A DNA stretch of 64,000 bases from an uncultured Acidimicrobiales bacterium (GCA_963791625.1 CAWBTA010000005.1:138508-202507); one strand, 5' to 3'; positions 9,250 through 19,317 are shown, numbered from the stretch's first letter. The notes: a model not told the origin generated them from the letters alone. Translations and numbers: made by a program.

Positions 9250-10346
9250 CGGACACCAAATGTTGCGTCAACGGTCTTGCCCGATTCGAGCTTCACCGTG
9301 ATCTTGTAGGGCTTGTCGGGGGTGGATGCCTTTGGGATGTTGATGGTGAGCACCTTCGACTTCCCGTTGCCGATGAACTCGGTGGCGTACTCGGCTTCTG
9401 CTTCCTTCGCGTTGCCGTCTTTGTCGGTCACCACCTTCACGCTCTCCACTACGAGCTGCGCCTTCTCTCCGGTGTCATTGCGGAACATGAGGCTGGTGTT
9501 GAGCGCTCGGGGTACGAGCAGTTGATCCAACACCGCGTCGTCGTGGCGGAACTCGATGCCAGCTTCCGTGACGTTTACCGAGGCCAGCGTGTTGGCCTTG
9601 TTGGCCACCGCGTTGGTGGCCTTCTTCTCACCCTCGGGAATGTTCTCCTCCGCTTTGTGCTCGCCACGGCTGATACCCACGATGCTGAAGGCCACAATGG
9701 CGACCATGCCAACGGTGAGCACGCCCGCCAGCTTTTGGCGGCTGAACGAAGTACGACTGGCCAACCCGACGGCCACCAGCAAGATGATGGTGCCGACAAC
9801 GGCGAACAGAATAATGGCGCCGGTCTCGTTGAGCGAAAGCATGATGCGGGAGAAGCCGAACATGATGGCGCCAATAATGAGTGCGCCGAGGGCCGGGAAC
9901 TCGATGGGGTGGAGGAATCGACTGCGAACGGACGCGTTGTACGCCGGGTCGGCTGAGGCCTTATCGGCCCAACCGGCGATCATCCACTCGAAGCCCGATG
10001 CGAGCAGCACCACGAACCCGACACCGAAGATGCGCTTGTCGGTGACCAGGCCGAGCGCCATGAGGGTGATGGCGATACCGGCCACGACGGGCCACACGCT
10101 GCTTGACACATGCGCCACGGCCGCGGCGGTGGAGTCGGCCGGTGCTTCGGAGTCACGGAATGCAATCAGCAGACCACCGAGGAACCCGCAGGCGAGCATG
10201 GCTGACACCATGACGATGGACTGCATGGTGTCGAGACCGAAGATATAGGTGCCAGGTGACAGCAGCCGGATGACCAATTCGAGGCTGAGGATGCCGCCCA
10301 GGATGGCCGTGACTGCGAAGAAAAACTTTGAGCCGGTAGTAACCAT
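9246..10346 (-). CDS. Polytopic membrane protein (~7 TM) with a C-terminal ~130-aa beta-rich periplasmic domain; candidate ligand-free subunit-II analogue of the pseudo-oxidase module
   Basis: Hydropathy; no metal-binding motif in the C-domain. Start set at the second ATG (MVTTGSKFFF) preceded by AGGGG. Lies between the Cox3-like gene and ctaC. Confidence 0.55.
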   Translation of the reverse strand: MVTTGSKFFFAVTAILGGILSLELVIRLLSPGTYIFGLDTMQSIVMVSAMLACGFLGGLLIAFRDSEAPADSTAAAVAHVSSSVWPVVAGIAITLMALGLVTDKRIFGVGFVVLLASGFEWMIAGWADKASADPAYNASVRSRFLHPIEFPALGALIIGAIMFGFSRIMLSLNETGAIILFAVVGTIILLVAVGLASRTSFSRQKLAGVLTVGMVAIVAFSIVGISRGEHKAEENIPEGEKKATNAVANKANTLASVNVTEAGIEFRHDDAVLDQLLVPRALNTSLMFRNDTGEKAQLVVESVKVVTDKDGNAKEAEAEYATEFIGNGKSKVLTINIPKASTPDKPYKITVKLESGKTVDATFGVR

Positions 10347-10354
10347 CATCGCCC

Positions 10355-10951
10355 CTATTTGGTCACGTAAACGAAGAACCACACGCCGGCGAATGCCACG
10401 GTGAGGAAGTGCCAGTACAGCGCAACCGACGACACGCCTTCGGTCTCGGTGGCCGAGAAGCGACCGCCGAGCGAACGGAACGCGGTGACAGCGGCAATGC
10501 CGAGTCCGATGATGACGGCGAACATGAATGCGCCGGTGGTCGTGTAGAACAACACGTTGAACGCCTTGCCATCCGCAGAAACGATCGGCATCTTCATCTG
10601 GCTGTAGATGAAGGCCTGAGCGTTCATGACCGCCACGCCGAACAGACCGGTGATGGCCAGCGCAATCGAGGCGTCACGTCGGTTGCCACGACGCATGGCG
10701 TAAACCGCCCACTGCGCCGTGATGGACGCAAGCATCATGGTGATGAGCATGGTGTTGGACGGAATCTCGGGGATGCGGACTTTCTTCGGCACCCACGTAG
10801 CGGTAGTGCCTCCGGCCAGATGGCGGTACTTGGCGTACAGCGCCAATAACCCACCGAAGAACATCAGCCCGGCCGCGCACGCAAAAGCGGTGGCGACCAG
10901 TTGGCTGCGGGTTCGGGCGGGGGCAGGCGCCGCAGGGAGAGCGAGGGCCAC
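10355..10951 (-). CDS. Heme-copper oxidase subunit III-like membrane protein (paralogue of ctaE)
   Basis: 5 TM; C-terminal ALYWHFLTVAFAGVWFFVYV matches the Cox3 signature; abuts the Cox1-like gene with no gap. Confidence 0.7.
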   Translation of the reverse strand: MALALPAAPAPARTRSQLVATAFACAAGLMFFGGLLALYAKYRHLAGGTTATWVPKKVRIPEIPSNTMLITMMLASITAQWAVYAMRRGNRRDASIALAITGLFGVAVMNAQAFIYSQMKMPIVSADGKAFNVLFYTTTGAFMFAVIIGLGIAAVTAFRSLGGRFSATETEGVSSVALYWHFLTVAFAGVWFFVYVTK

Positions 10952-12550
10952 TTACGCGTCCTTCCGGTCGTACAGGGGTTGTGCCGATGTGACGGTGAGT
11001 TGGTTGGTGCCCTCAACGGTCCATTCGAGCGATTGGCCTTCCCACGGGTCGATGCCGGTGGTGTCGCCCTTCGTGAAGCCGCGCAGGGCCAGGCCGATGG
11101 TGCCGAGCACCACCAGCGCCATCAGGCCGTAGCCGGCGGTTGCCAGAATGTTGAGGAACTGATGGGGCCCGCTGATTGAGAACGCCACTTCGTCGATGGG
11201 CTGATCGGAGAACGCTGCGATGCCTTCGGGGATACCGACCAGCGCCGCTGCAAGCAACCCGAGCAGCGCAAGAGGCGCCATCTTCTTGTCATCAATGCGG
11301 CGGCCCCACAGACGAGGACCCCAATAGGCCAGCGCACCGCAGCCGCCGAGCAGAACAGCGAACAGCATGGTGGAGGCCTGAGCCGCTGGGTAGATGGTGC
11401 TGTTGATGATGCGCAACCCGTCGGCCGACACGCCCTGCGGGTCCATCAGACCGAGGCGGCGGAACGGCATAAGCACACTCATCGCGGCGGCGAGCAGTCC
11501 GGCGACACCGGCGGCCAGAGCGAAGATAAGCGGTGCACCAAAGGTGGGTTTGCCGGACCGTACGGCCAGACCACTGAGACCGAGCACGAGCAGGAACGGG
11601 AGCACCGTGCTTAGGCTGACGAGAACCATCAGCGGGCGGTAGGTGGTGTTGGCATTGAAGCCGCGCTGCACGTCGGCGGCAAATGAGTTGAGGCCAGCAA
11701 ACCCAATGGCGACCAACATGACGGCTCGCATTGGCTGGCGGACCCGAGCGAACGTGGGCACCACATCACCGATAAACCCGAGCAGGGGCAGCGCAAACAG
11801 CGTGACGCCCGGGTGGGTGAAGGCCCAGTCGATGTAGCTCATGAACTTGGTGGAATCACCGAAGGGCACCTGGCCGTAGCGGTGACTGACATAGAGGTCG
11901 ACGAGGTTGGCAATCAGCACCGGCCAGCTCAACAGCATCACTGAGCAAGCGATGAGGTTGGCGAACGAAAACATCGGTACCCGGTCGAGGGTGAGGCCCG
12001 GCGCCCGCAGGGTGGTGACGGTAGCGACAACGCAGATCGACGCGATGAGAAGCCCAAGGATCACCACGACGAGGCCGGCGAGGAACAATTCGGCGTACCA
12101 GTTGCTACCGCCGCCGGGACCACCGTTGGCAAGAAACGCGCCCACGACCAACACCGAACCGCCAAGCCAGGTGACATAGGAGAGGGTGGCCGCCCTGGGG
12201 AAGGCAATGTTCGAGGCACCAACCTGAAGTGGCACGATGGCGATGGCCAGACCGAGCACGATAGGGGCAACGGCCAGGAACGCCAGACCGACGCGATACA
12301 ACGTGGACATTTGATAGGTGGCGTCAATCGGTAAAAATGTGGCCGAAGAGTCGATTCGATCGGCGGCCAGCAGCACCGCTACGACCATGAGGCCCAGCCC
12401 GGCGACCAGACCGGAACCGGCAAAAAGGCGGCCGATACGGCGGTGGTCAACCGTTGTCGTCCAGTCGGTGACACGGGCGACGACATCGGCCGGGACCGCG
12501 CCATTTGAGGCCGGGGTGTCGAGATGAGCTTCGGTCATGGTCATGGGCAA
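10952..12550 (-). CDS. Heme-copper oxidase subunit I homologue lacking the heme a/a3 and CuB ligands (pseudo-oxidase subunit I)
   Basis: Clear Cox1 fold markers (TTVDHRRIG, VPLQVGASNIAFPR, FTHPGV, C-terminal DPWEGQSLEWTVEG). Aligned to ctaD in this window: H(heme a)->R, Y244->T, HH(CuB)->AD, HFH->AQA. Only 5 His in 532 aa. Confidence 0.8.
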   Translation of the reverse strand: MPMTMTEAHLDTPASNGAVPADVVARVTDWTTTVDHRRIGRLFAGSGLVAGLGLMVVAVLLAADRIDSSATFLPIDATYQMSTLYRVGLAFLAVAPIVLGLAIAIVPLQVGASNIAFPRAATLSYVTWLGGSVLVVGAFLANGGPGGGSNWYAELFLAGLVVVILGLLIASICVVATVTTLRAPGLTLDRVPMFSFANLIACSVMLLSWPVLIANLVDLYVSHRYGQVPFGDSTKFMSYIDWAFTHPGVTLFALPLLGFIGDVVPTFARVRQPMRAVMLVAIGFAGLNSFAADVQRGFNANTTYRPLMVLVSLSTVLPFLLVLGLSGLAVRSGKPTFGAPLIFALAAGVAGLLAAAMSVLMPFRRLGLMDPQGVSADGLRIINSTIYPAAQASTMLFAVLLGGCGALAYWGPRLWGRRIDDKKMAPLALLGLLAAALVGIPEGIAAFSDQPIDEVAFSISGPHQFLNILATAGYGLMALVVLGTIGLALRGFTKGDTTGIDPWEGQSLEWTVEGTNQLTVTSAQPLYDRKDA

Positions 12551-12642
12551 CCCCGCGCGCCGCCGACCGACAAGCCGGTCGAGCGAAACAAGTAGTGAAT
12601 GTCGGTTAGGAGATTACCCATTCGATGGGCTCTAGCCCGAAA

Positions 12643-13812
12643 TCAAGTTCTGGTCAGAGGGATTTTTATGGTGACGATGGCGCCGCCTTCGGGGCGGTTG
12701 GCGGCGGTGGCGACGCCTCCGTGGGCGGCGACGATGGTCTGGACCAACGCCAGGCCGAGGCCGATTTCGCCGCGGGTGTCGCCCCGACGGAACCGCTCAA
12801 ACACGTGGGGCAACATTGCCTCATCGAATCCGGGGCCGTCATCCAGCACGCTCAGCACCCCGTCGCGACCGTCGATAGAGCTTTCCAGCGAGACGTTTTT
12901 TGACCGACGGACCGAGTTGCGCACCAGATTGTCGACGGCCTGACGCAGGAGAGACAGGTCGGCGTCCACCACCACGGCGGCGGTACCCGCAGCGGCGGTG
13001 ACGTTCACGTCGTCGGCTCGGACGGACGACGCGACTTCCTCGGCAAGCAGATCGAGACGTAGGGGTGCCAGGCGAGGCATGGCCTGGCCGCTCTCCAACC
13101 GAGCGAGATCGAGTAACTCATTCACGCCGGCGCTCGCTCGTTCGGCGGCCGCGCGTATCTCGGCCATGGACCGCACATATTCCTCCGATGACCGCGGGCG
13201 GGCCAACGACTGACTGGCGGAGGCGAGAATGACCGACAGAGGGGTGCGCATTTCGTGGGCGGCGTCGGCCAGGAAGCCGCGACGTTCCATCAGCGCCTGG
13301 CGGGCCGGACGGATGACACGGCCGGCCAACCACCAGCCAACCGCCCCCGACGCAAGAATCCAGAGCAGGCCGAGCGTCCAGATGAACGAGTGATACTCGC
13401 TCTTCTTCCGGTTATACGAGGCAAGATCGACAATGGTGGCGAGGCCTTCGCTCTTCTTCGAAATGCGCGCCGCGCCGAGGTAGTCGATGCCACCCTGTCG
13501 GAACTTTTCCGTCGTGAACCCACCCTCGCGGTCACCGATAAGCAGCCGAAGGGGCGGTTGGACGTTGGTCTTGGAGTAAGCCGTAACTTCGCCGTCGGCA
13601 CCGACCGTCCAGATGTTTCGATCGACCGGCTCGCGTTCGTTGTCGAACTCGACGAAGGCCTGCTCGATCCCATCGTGTGCTTCGTTGACCGCAGCGGAAT
13701 CCCACTTCGCATCGTTGGCTCGCAACGCAGCTCGGCTCAGGGGAACGACGGCCAGCAGGCTCAAAAGCGCACACAACGCGGTGGCGAGCCATCGCAGGCG
13801 CCGGAGATTCAT
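12643..13812 (-). CDS. Sensor histidine kinase (HisKA + HATPase_c) with periplasmic sensor domain
   Basis: H-box HEMRTPLSVI, N/G boxes DDGPGF, GLGLALV. Start set at internal ATG (MNLRRLRW) overlapping the RR stop (ATGA). Confidence 0.85.
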   Translation of the reverse strand: MNLRRLRWLATALCALLSLLAVVPLSRAALRANDAKWDSAAVNEAHDGIEQAFVEFDNEREPVDRNIWTVGADGEVTAYSKTNVQPPLRLLIGDREGGFTTEKFRQGGIDYLGAARISKKSEGLATIVDLASYNRKKSEYHSFIWTLGLLWILASGAVGWWLAGRVIRPARQALMERRGFLADAAHEMRTPLSVILASASQSLARPRSSEEYVRSMAEIRAAAERASAGVNELLDLARLESGQAMPRLAPLRLDLLAEEVASSVRADDVNVTAAAGTAAVVVDADLSLLRQAVDNLVRNSVRRSKNVSLESSIDGRDGVLSVLDDGPGFDEAMLPHVFERFRRGDTRGEIGLGLALVQTIVAAHGGVATAANRPEGGAIVTIKIPLTRT

Positions 13813-14477
13813 ACGGCGATACGGTACCCCACGCCTCGGACGGTCTCGATCGGAGCCGGGTTGCTGGGCAGGTCGAGCTTGCGACGCAGGTTGGCGACAT
13901 GCACATCGACCACGTTCGAGAGCCCGTCGTAGTTGGCGTCCCACACCGCTTCGAGCAGGTCCGAGCGGCGGACCACTTCACCGGGACGGACCATGAGTTC
14001 GTGAAGGAGGGAGAACTCGCGAGCGGTCATGGGAATGACGACGTTGCCGCGCCACACGGTATGGCTGGCAGGGTCGAGGCGGACATCACCGGCTTCCACC
14101 ATCGGTGAGCGGGTGGACGTCGGCCGACGAAGCAGCGCTCGCACGCGAGCAGACAATTCGGGAGAATCAAACGGTTTGGTGAGGTAGTCGTCGGCCCCTG
14201 CATCAAGGCCGCCGACCTTGTCCGACAGCGAATCCCGCGCGGTCAGCAGCAGTACGCGGGTGTCGGCCTGTTGCTCGCGCAACCAGCGACAGACATCAAG
14301 GCCGCTGCCGTCGGGCAGGCCGATGTCGAGCACGACCAGCGCGTACGAATTGAGCTCCAACGATTCGATGGCGCTGGCAACGGTGCGTTCCCAGTCGACC
14401 GCGTGACCTTCCTCGACCAGTCCCCGTTGAATGACCGCGCCGAGGGCGGCATCATCTTCCACGAGGAGTAAGCGCAT
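13809..14477 (-). CDS. OmpR-family response regulator
   Basis: Receiver MRLLLVEDD...D, C-terminal winged helix (RVGYRI); start at the second Met. Confidence 0.9.
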   Translation of the reverse strand: MRLLLVEDDAALGAVIQRGLVEEGHAVDWERTVASAIESLELNSYALVVLDIGLPDGSGLDVCRWLREQQADTRVLLLTARDSLSDKVGGLDAGADDYLTKPFDSPELSARVRALLRRPTSTRSPMVEAGDVRLDPASHTVWRGNVVIPMTAREFSLLHELMVRPGEVVRRSDLLEAVWDANYDGLSNVVDVHVANLRRKLDLPSNPAPIETVRGVGYRIAV

Positions 14478-14546
14478 GAACCGCAATGATCCCACGCGGA
14501 ACATGAAGTGAACATGAAGACGCCATTCACAGCAGCTTCATGAAGC

Positions 14547-15797
14547 GTGGCGCATAGTGCATCCATGGCAGACGAAAAGGCCCTCATTGCGCACCTGCTC
14601 CGGCGAACGGGTTTCGGACCGCATCCCGGGCAAGTGGATGAACTGAGCCCAGGCGGATATGCCGCGGCACTCGACAACGTGCTGACCGCGGCACCCCTCA
14701 CGGTTGACCCGCCGACCCTCGGCACCAAGGACGACGAGGCGTTCCTGATCCGATGGTGGCTGGAGATCCTGACCCGACCCGACGCTGGGCTCCACGAAAA
14801 GATGGTGTGGTTCTGGCACGGCCATCTCACCTCCAGTGTCGACAAGGCCGAACCCATTGCGGTCGCTCGGCAACACCAGTTGCTCCGATCGCAGGCCTTC
14901 GGCAACGCTCGCCAGTTGCTGCAGGACATCACCATGGATGCCGCCATGCTCGGCTGGCTTGATGGCAAAACCTCTACCGCGGAGGCGCCGAACGAGAACT
15001 ACGGACGCGAGCTCATGGAGTTGTTCGCGCTGGGTCGTGAGTTCAACGGCGCGCCGACCTACACCCCGGCCGACGTGCAGGCCGCGGCATATGCACTCTC
15101 GGGTTGGGAGGTGGACGACGACAACGCGGCAAAGGTGACGTTCAACACCGAACACGGCCCAACCAAGTCGGTCGACTTCTTGGGCAAGAGCGTTGCCAAT
15201 GCCAAGGATGTGGTGAACGTGGTCTGCGATCACCCGGCATTCGCACCGCTCATTGCCGGCAAGCTCTACCAGTACTTCCACGGCGTCCGCCCCGAGGCGT
15301 CGCTATTGACCTCGCTGGCCGACACGTTCCGAAACGGCAACTTGGAGATAAAGCCTCTGGTCGGCGCCATCTTGCGCGACCCGAGCTTTGTGGAGCATCG
15401 GATGACCCGGCCGCGTTTCCCGATCGAGTGGGTGCTGGCCGCTCACGCCGTGCTCGGACCAACGAAGGACGACGACCTCATCGACACCTTGTCGACGCTC
15501 GGACAGGTGCCGTTCCAGCCACCCAACGTTGCCGGTTGGCCGCTGTCACCCCGTTGGCTTTCGGCCGGTGCAGCCATGACCAGGGCGTCGTACGCGCTGG
15601 ATCGCTCGTCGGATACCGAAGTGACGGCCGACCCGGACCCGGTGGCCTGGATCCTGCGCCGGACCTCGCTCTTCGAGGTGTCAGACACCACCAAGAATGC
15701 GCTCGTCAAGGTCGCCGGCAAGATCGAAAGCAAGCGCGATCGAGCCTCCGCGCTGCATGCCCTGGCCCTGTCCAGCCCCGAATTCACCCTCGCCTGA
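14547..15797 (+). CDS. DUF1800 family protein
   Basis: N-terminal ...IAHLLRRTGFGPHPGQVDEL is typical of DUF1800; conserved partner of DUF1501. Confidence 0.8.
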   Translation: MAHSASMADEKALIAHLLRRTGFGPHPGQVDELSPGGYAAALDNVLTAAPLTVDPPTLGTKDDEAFLIRWWLEILTRPDAGLHEKMVWFWHGHLTSSVDKAEPIAVARQHQLLRSQAFGNARQLLQDITMDAAMLGWLDGKTSTAEAPNENYGRELMELFALGREFNGAPTYTPADVQAAAYALSGWEVDDDNAAKVTFNTEHGPTKSVDFLGKSVANAKDVVNVVCDHPAFAPLIAGKLYQYFHGVRPEASLLTSLADTFRNGNLEIKPLVGAILRDPSFVEHRMTRPRFPIEWVLAAHAVLGPTKDDDLIDTLSTLGQVPFQPPNVAGWPLSPRWLSAGAAMTRASYALDRSSDTEVTADPDPVAWILRRTSLFEVSDTTKNALVKVAGKIESKRDRASALHALALSSPEFTLA

Positions 15798-15813
15798 TCT
15801 CCTCCAAGGAACC

Positions 15814-17160
15814 ATGATGACGCTCAATCGCCGAGATTTCCTGACGAGCACATTGGCCGCCGGCGTGCTGGCTGCCTGCTCGAGCACCAAGAAGAACGCT
15901 TCGCCCGCCACCTCATCGGCGAGCTCGTCAGCAAGTTCGTCGGCGACTACCGCAGGCTCCGACGGTGCTGCCTCCACGACCCCTTCCAGTCCCGACGCCA
16001 CGCCAGAGTCAGCCGGAAAGGCGAAAAAGACGCCCAAGGCTGCGGACCTCGACAAGCGACGGCTGGTCATCATCGAGATGGACGGCGGCAACGACGGCCT
16101 GTCCACCCTCGTGCCCTACGGCATGACCGGCTACAAAGACGTGCGATCACGCATCGGCATCGATCCGAAAGAACTGCTCGCGCTGAACGATCAGATGGGC
16201 CTCATCAAGACCCTTGCGCCACTGCACCAGCGTGGACTTGCGGTGGTGCAAGGGATCGGCACGCCGAACCCTGACGGCTCGCATTTCGCCATGATGGATC
16301 GCTGGTGGACCGGCGATGTTCGCGGCGAAGGTAAGTTGACGACCGGGTTCCTTGGTCGCCTGGCCGATGCCATCGGTGATCCTTCTGCACGCGCGGTGGC
16401 GCTCTCTATCGGCAGCGGTAGCCACCCGGCGTTGCGATCGGAGAAGGCCGCAACGCTGTCAATCCCGAGGGCCGACATCGGCAATGCATTGGCTGGCGCT
16501 AAGGCTGATGACGTGACTCGCTACGCGTTCCAGCAGGCGCTGGCCGACATGGCCACCGAAGCCAATGGTGAACCCGTAGGACTGGCTATGGCACGGCATG
16601 GCAATCGGGACGCCGTGCGGTTCGCCAAGACCCTGCAGGAGCTTCCGGAGAACCAGAGCGAGGGCTACCCCGGCGGAACGCTCTCCGACGGTTTGCAGCT
16701 CGCGGCCCGCCTGCTGCACGCCGACCCGGCGATTCGCATTACCCATGTGCCGATGGGTGCCGACTTTGACACACACACCGACAACCCCGGCCGCCACCCC
16801 GGCCTCATGGAGAATCTGGCCAAAAGCATCGAGGCCTTCATGGCCGATCTTGAACGTCGCGGCATCGCCGACCAAGTGCTCATCGCCACCACGAGCGAGT
16901 TCGGTCGTACCGTCAAGGACAACGGATCGAACGGCCTCGACCACGGCACCGCCTCGTGCGCGTTGCTGCTCGGCCCGGTGAAGGCCGGCCTGCACGGTGA
17001 CCACCCGTCGCTCACCAAACTCGACGGAGATGGACAGCTCATTGCGACGGTCGGCTTCGACCAGTACTACGCCACCATCGCGGAAACCTGGTTCGGCGTG
17101 CCCGCCAGCGACGTCCTACCCGGCAACGTCAAACCGCTCCCCGACCTCCTCCAGGTCTAA
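15814..17160 (+). CDS. DUF1501 family protein with Tat signal and lipobox
   Basis: MMTLNRRDFLTSTLAAGVLAACSS (twin-Arg + LAAC), Ser/Thr-rich linker, DUF1501 core; AAGGA RBS before ATG 15814. Confidence 0.85.
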   Translation: MMTLNRRDFLTSTLAAGVLAACSSTKKNASPATSSASSSASSSATTAGSDGAASTTPSSPDATPESAGKAKKTPKAADLDKRRLVIIEMDGGNDGLSTLVPYGMTGYKDVRSRIGIDPKELLALNDQMGLIKTLAPLHQRGLAVVQGIGTPNPDGSHFAMMDRWWTGDVRGEGKLTTGFLGRLADAIGDPSARAVALSIGSGSHPALRSEKAATLSIPRADIGNALAGAKADDVTRYAFQQALADMATEANGEPVGLAMARHGNRDAVRFAKTLQELPENQSEGYPGGTLSDGLQLAARLLHADPAIRITHVPMGADFDTHTDNPGRHPGLMENLAKSIEAFMADLERRGIADQVLIATTSEFGRTVKDNGSNGLDHGTASCALLLGPVKAGLHGDHPSLTKLDGDGQLIATVGFDQYYATIAETWFGVPASDVLPGNVKPLPDLLQV

Positions 17161-17173
17161 TCGTTGGAGTTGG

Positions 17174-18115
17174 TCAGATGACCAACGCGTCGATGGCCAT
17201 GGCCATGAACAACACGGTGACGTACGTGATGCTGAAGCCGAAGAGGCGCATTGCCTTCTTCTCGGTCGGGTCCTTCGACAGGTCCCAGCAGCCCCAGAGG
17301 AAGAACGCACCGAGCGCGATCGCCGAGATGCCGTAGATCAAACCGAGGTGTGCAACGGGCCAGAACACGAGTGAAGCCACGACGACGCCGACGGTGTACA
17401 TCAGCATCTTGCGGGTGACCACGTCATAGGACTCGACGACGGGCAACATGGGCACATCGGCGGCCCGGTAGTCCTCGACGTAGCGGATGGCGAGCGCCCA
17501 GAAGTGCGGTGGCGTCCACAAGAACATGAGCACGAACAGCACGACTGGCGCCCAAGAGAGGTTGTTGGTGACGGCCGACCAGCCGATCAGCACGGGCGCG
17601 GCACCGGCTGCGCCGCCGATGACGATGTTCTGCTTGGAGGTGCGCTTGAGCCACAGTGTGTAGATGAAGATGTAGAACAATGCGGCGCCCAAGGCGAGGG
17701 CAGCCGAGAGCACGTTCACGAACACGGCCAGGATCAGGCAGGCGACGGCCTCCAACGAAATCGCAAACGTCAGCGCGGCGCGAGGTGTCACCAGGCCGGT
17801 AACCAACGGGCGGCCCTGCGTGCGCGGCATGAGCCGGTCGATGTCACGGTCCACGTACATGTTGACCGCATTGGCTCCGCCGGCCGACAACGTGCCTCCG
17901 ACAAACGTGGCCAGCATCAGCTTCCAAGACGGCCAGCCGCGGTTGGCGACGACCATGGTGGGAATGGTGGAGATAAGCAGCAGTTCAATGATCCGCGGTT
18001 TGGTGAGCGCGACATACGCACCGAGTTTGGAGGTGGGTATCCGCTTGCCGCCGTGCGACGCGATGCCCCCGGGCGTTAGCCGTGACGGCACAAGAGGTCG
18101 AGCACCAACGGACAT
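17174..18115 (-). CDS. ctaB: Protoheme IX farnesyltransferase (heme O synthase)
   Basis: UbiA fold; [11 protein letters not shown]..., [15 protein letters not shown]. Start at internal ATG with perfect AAGGAGG RBS; the upstream part of the annotated ORF is non-coding, and clpS lies opposite. Confidence 0.9.
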   Translation of the reverse strand: MSVGARPLVPSRLTPGGIASHGGKRIPTSKLGAYVALTKPRIIELLLISTIPTMVVANRGWPSWKLMLATFVGGTLSAGGANAVNMYVDRDIDRLMPRTQGRPLVTGLVTPRAALTFAISLEAVACLILAVFVNVLSAALALGAALFYIFIYTLWLKRTSKQNIVIGGAAGAAPVLIGWSAVTNNLSWAPVVLFVLMFLWTPPHFWALAIRYVEDYRAADVPMLPVVESYDVVTRKMLMYTVGVVVASLVFWPVAHLGLIYGISAIALGAFFLWGCWDLSKDPTEKKAMRLFGFSITYVTVLFMAMAIDALVI

Positions 18116-18238
18116 AACCTCCTTAGCGTACGGCCCGCAGCACCCGAAAGGCCATTGGAGCGCGGCGACAGCGGTCACGGCCGGACACGCTGCGCTTTCC
18201 CCTTTCGCTGCGCTCGGGAAGAATGGGTATTCGTGACC

Positions 18239-18538
18239 ATGCGCCTCGCCACCACTGCGCCGCTGGAGTCGCCGGTTTTCGAGAGCGACACCGACGTACG
18301 GCCCGACCGGCCGTGGATCGTGCTGGTCTGGAACGACCCCATCAACCTGATGAGCTACGTCACCCTGGTGCTGCAGCGGGTCTTCGGCTATTCCCTGGAA
18401 AAGGCCACATCGCTCATGCTGGATGTCCATGAAAAGGGCCGTGCCGTCGTTTCCTCGGGTAACCGTGAGAAGGCCGAGCTCGATGTCTACCGCCTGCACG
18501 AACACGGCCTGTGGGCCACCATGCAACAGGACGATTGA
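18239..18538 (+). CDS. clpS: ATP-dependent Clp protease adaptor ClpS
   Basis: [27 protein letters not shown]...[10 protein letters not shown] is the ClpS core. Confidence 0.9.
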   Translation: MRLATTAPLESPVFESDTDVRPDRPWIVLVWNDPINLMSYVTLVLQRVFGYSLEKATSLMLDVHEKGRAVVSSGNREKAELDVYRLHEHGLWATMQQDD

Positions 18539-19014
18539 TGTTCCGCAAGCGCCGAGTGGAGCGGACTGATCCACATACCTATGCCCTACGCCTCAGCGCA
18601 GACGAGCGCGAAGCCATCAGCTACCTGGTGCCCCAACTGCGCCAACTGTTGGAACAAGCCGGTCCGAACGACCCTCGCCTGCGTCGCCTGTTCCCCACCA
18701 CATATACCACCGACCCCGAAGCAGAGGCCGAGTACCAGCGGCTGATGCGAGACGATCTCATCAAGTCCCGCTTGTCCTCTTTGGAGATCGTGGAAACGAA
18801 CATCCAGGCCACGTCGTTGTCCGAGGGTGACATGGTGCGATGGATGCAGGCCATCAATGACGCTCGCCTGGTCCTCGGCACCATCCTTGACGTCAGCGAG
18901 GACGACGACCGCTATGAACTCGACGAGGATGACCCGCAAGCTCAAGCCTTCAACCTGTTCCACTACCTCGGTGGCCTGCTCGACGACATCGTCACGGCGC
19001 TGAGTCCGTCGTAA
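18538..19014 (+). CDS. DUF2017 domain protein (conserved clpS neighbour in Actinobacteria)
   Basis: Acidic ~160-aa protein; start overlaps the clpS stop (TGATG). Confidence 0.7.
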   Translation: MFRKRRVERTDPHTYALRLSADEREAISYLVPQLRQLLEQAGPNDPRLRRLFPTTYTTDPEAEAEYQRLMRDDLIKSRLSSLEIVETNIQATSLSEGDMVRWMQAINDARLVLGTILDVSEDDDRYELDEDDPQAQAFNLFHYLGGLLDDIVTALSPS

Positions 19015-19136
19015 ATCCAGTTACCTGCCGGTGCACTCCGGCCGGTAGCCTTGAAGCGTCTTCCCATTGAGAGCGAAACGACTGGCACGTACGGCGGCGC
19101 TTGCTGCTAGGGTTAGCACGCTTCCAACAGGAACAG

Positions 19137-19209
19137 GCCCCCATCGTCTAGCGGCCTAGGACACCACCCTTTCAAGGTGGCGGCACGGGTTCGAATCCCG
19201 TTGGGGGTG
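19137..19209 (+). tRNA. tRNA-Glu(TTC)
   Basis: Cloverleaf with anticodon loop cctTTCaag, T-arm GGTTCGAATCC, G1.U72 acceptor as in mycobacterial gluT; CCA not encoded. Confidence 0.85.
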
Positions 19210-19240
19210 CTCAGCAACGAGCGAATACGAAGCAAACACT

Positions 19241-19317
19241 GGTCCCGTGGTGCAGTTGGAGTGCACGCCGGCCTGTCAAGCCGGAGGCCGCGGGTTCAAG
19301 TCCCGTCGGGACCGCCA
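19241..19317 (+). tRNA. tRNA-Asp(GTC)
   Basis: GGTCCCG...cctGTCaag...GGTTCAAGTCC...CGGGACCGCCA; CCA encoded. Confidence 0.9.

Noticed and set aside
17174-18574. Full-length 466-aa version of the ctaB ORF
   Set aside because: The N-terminal 153 codons have no similarity to anything and are the antisense of clpS. A perfect AAGGAGG-ATG defines the real start at 18115.
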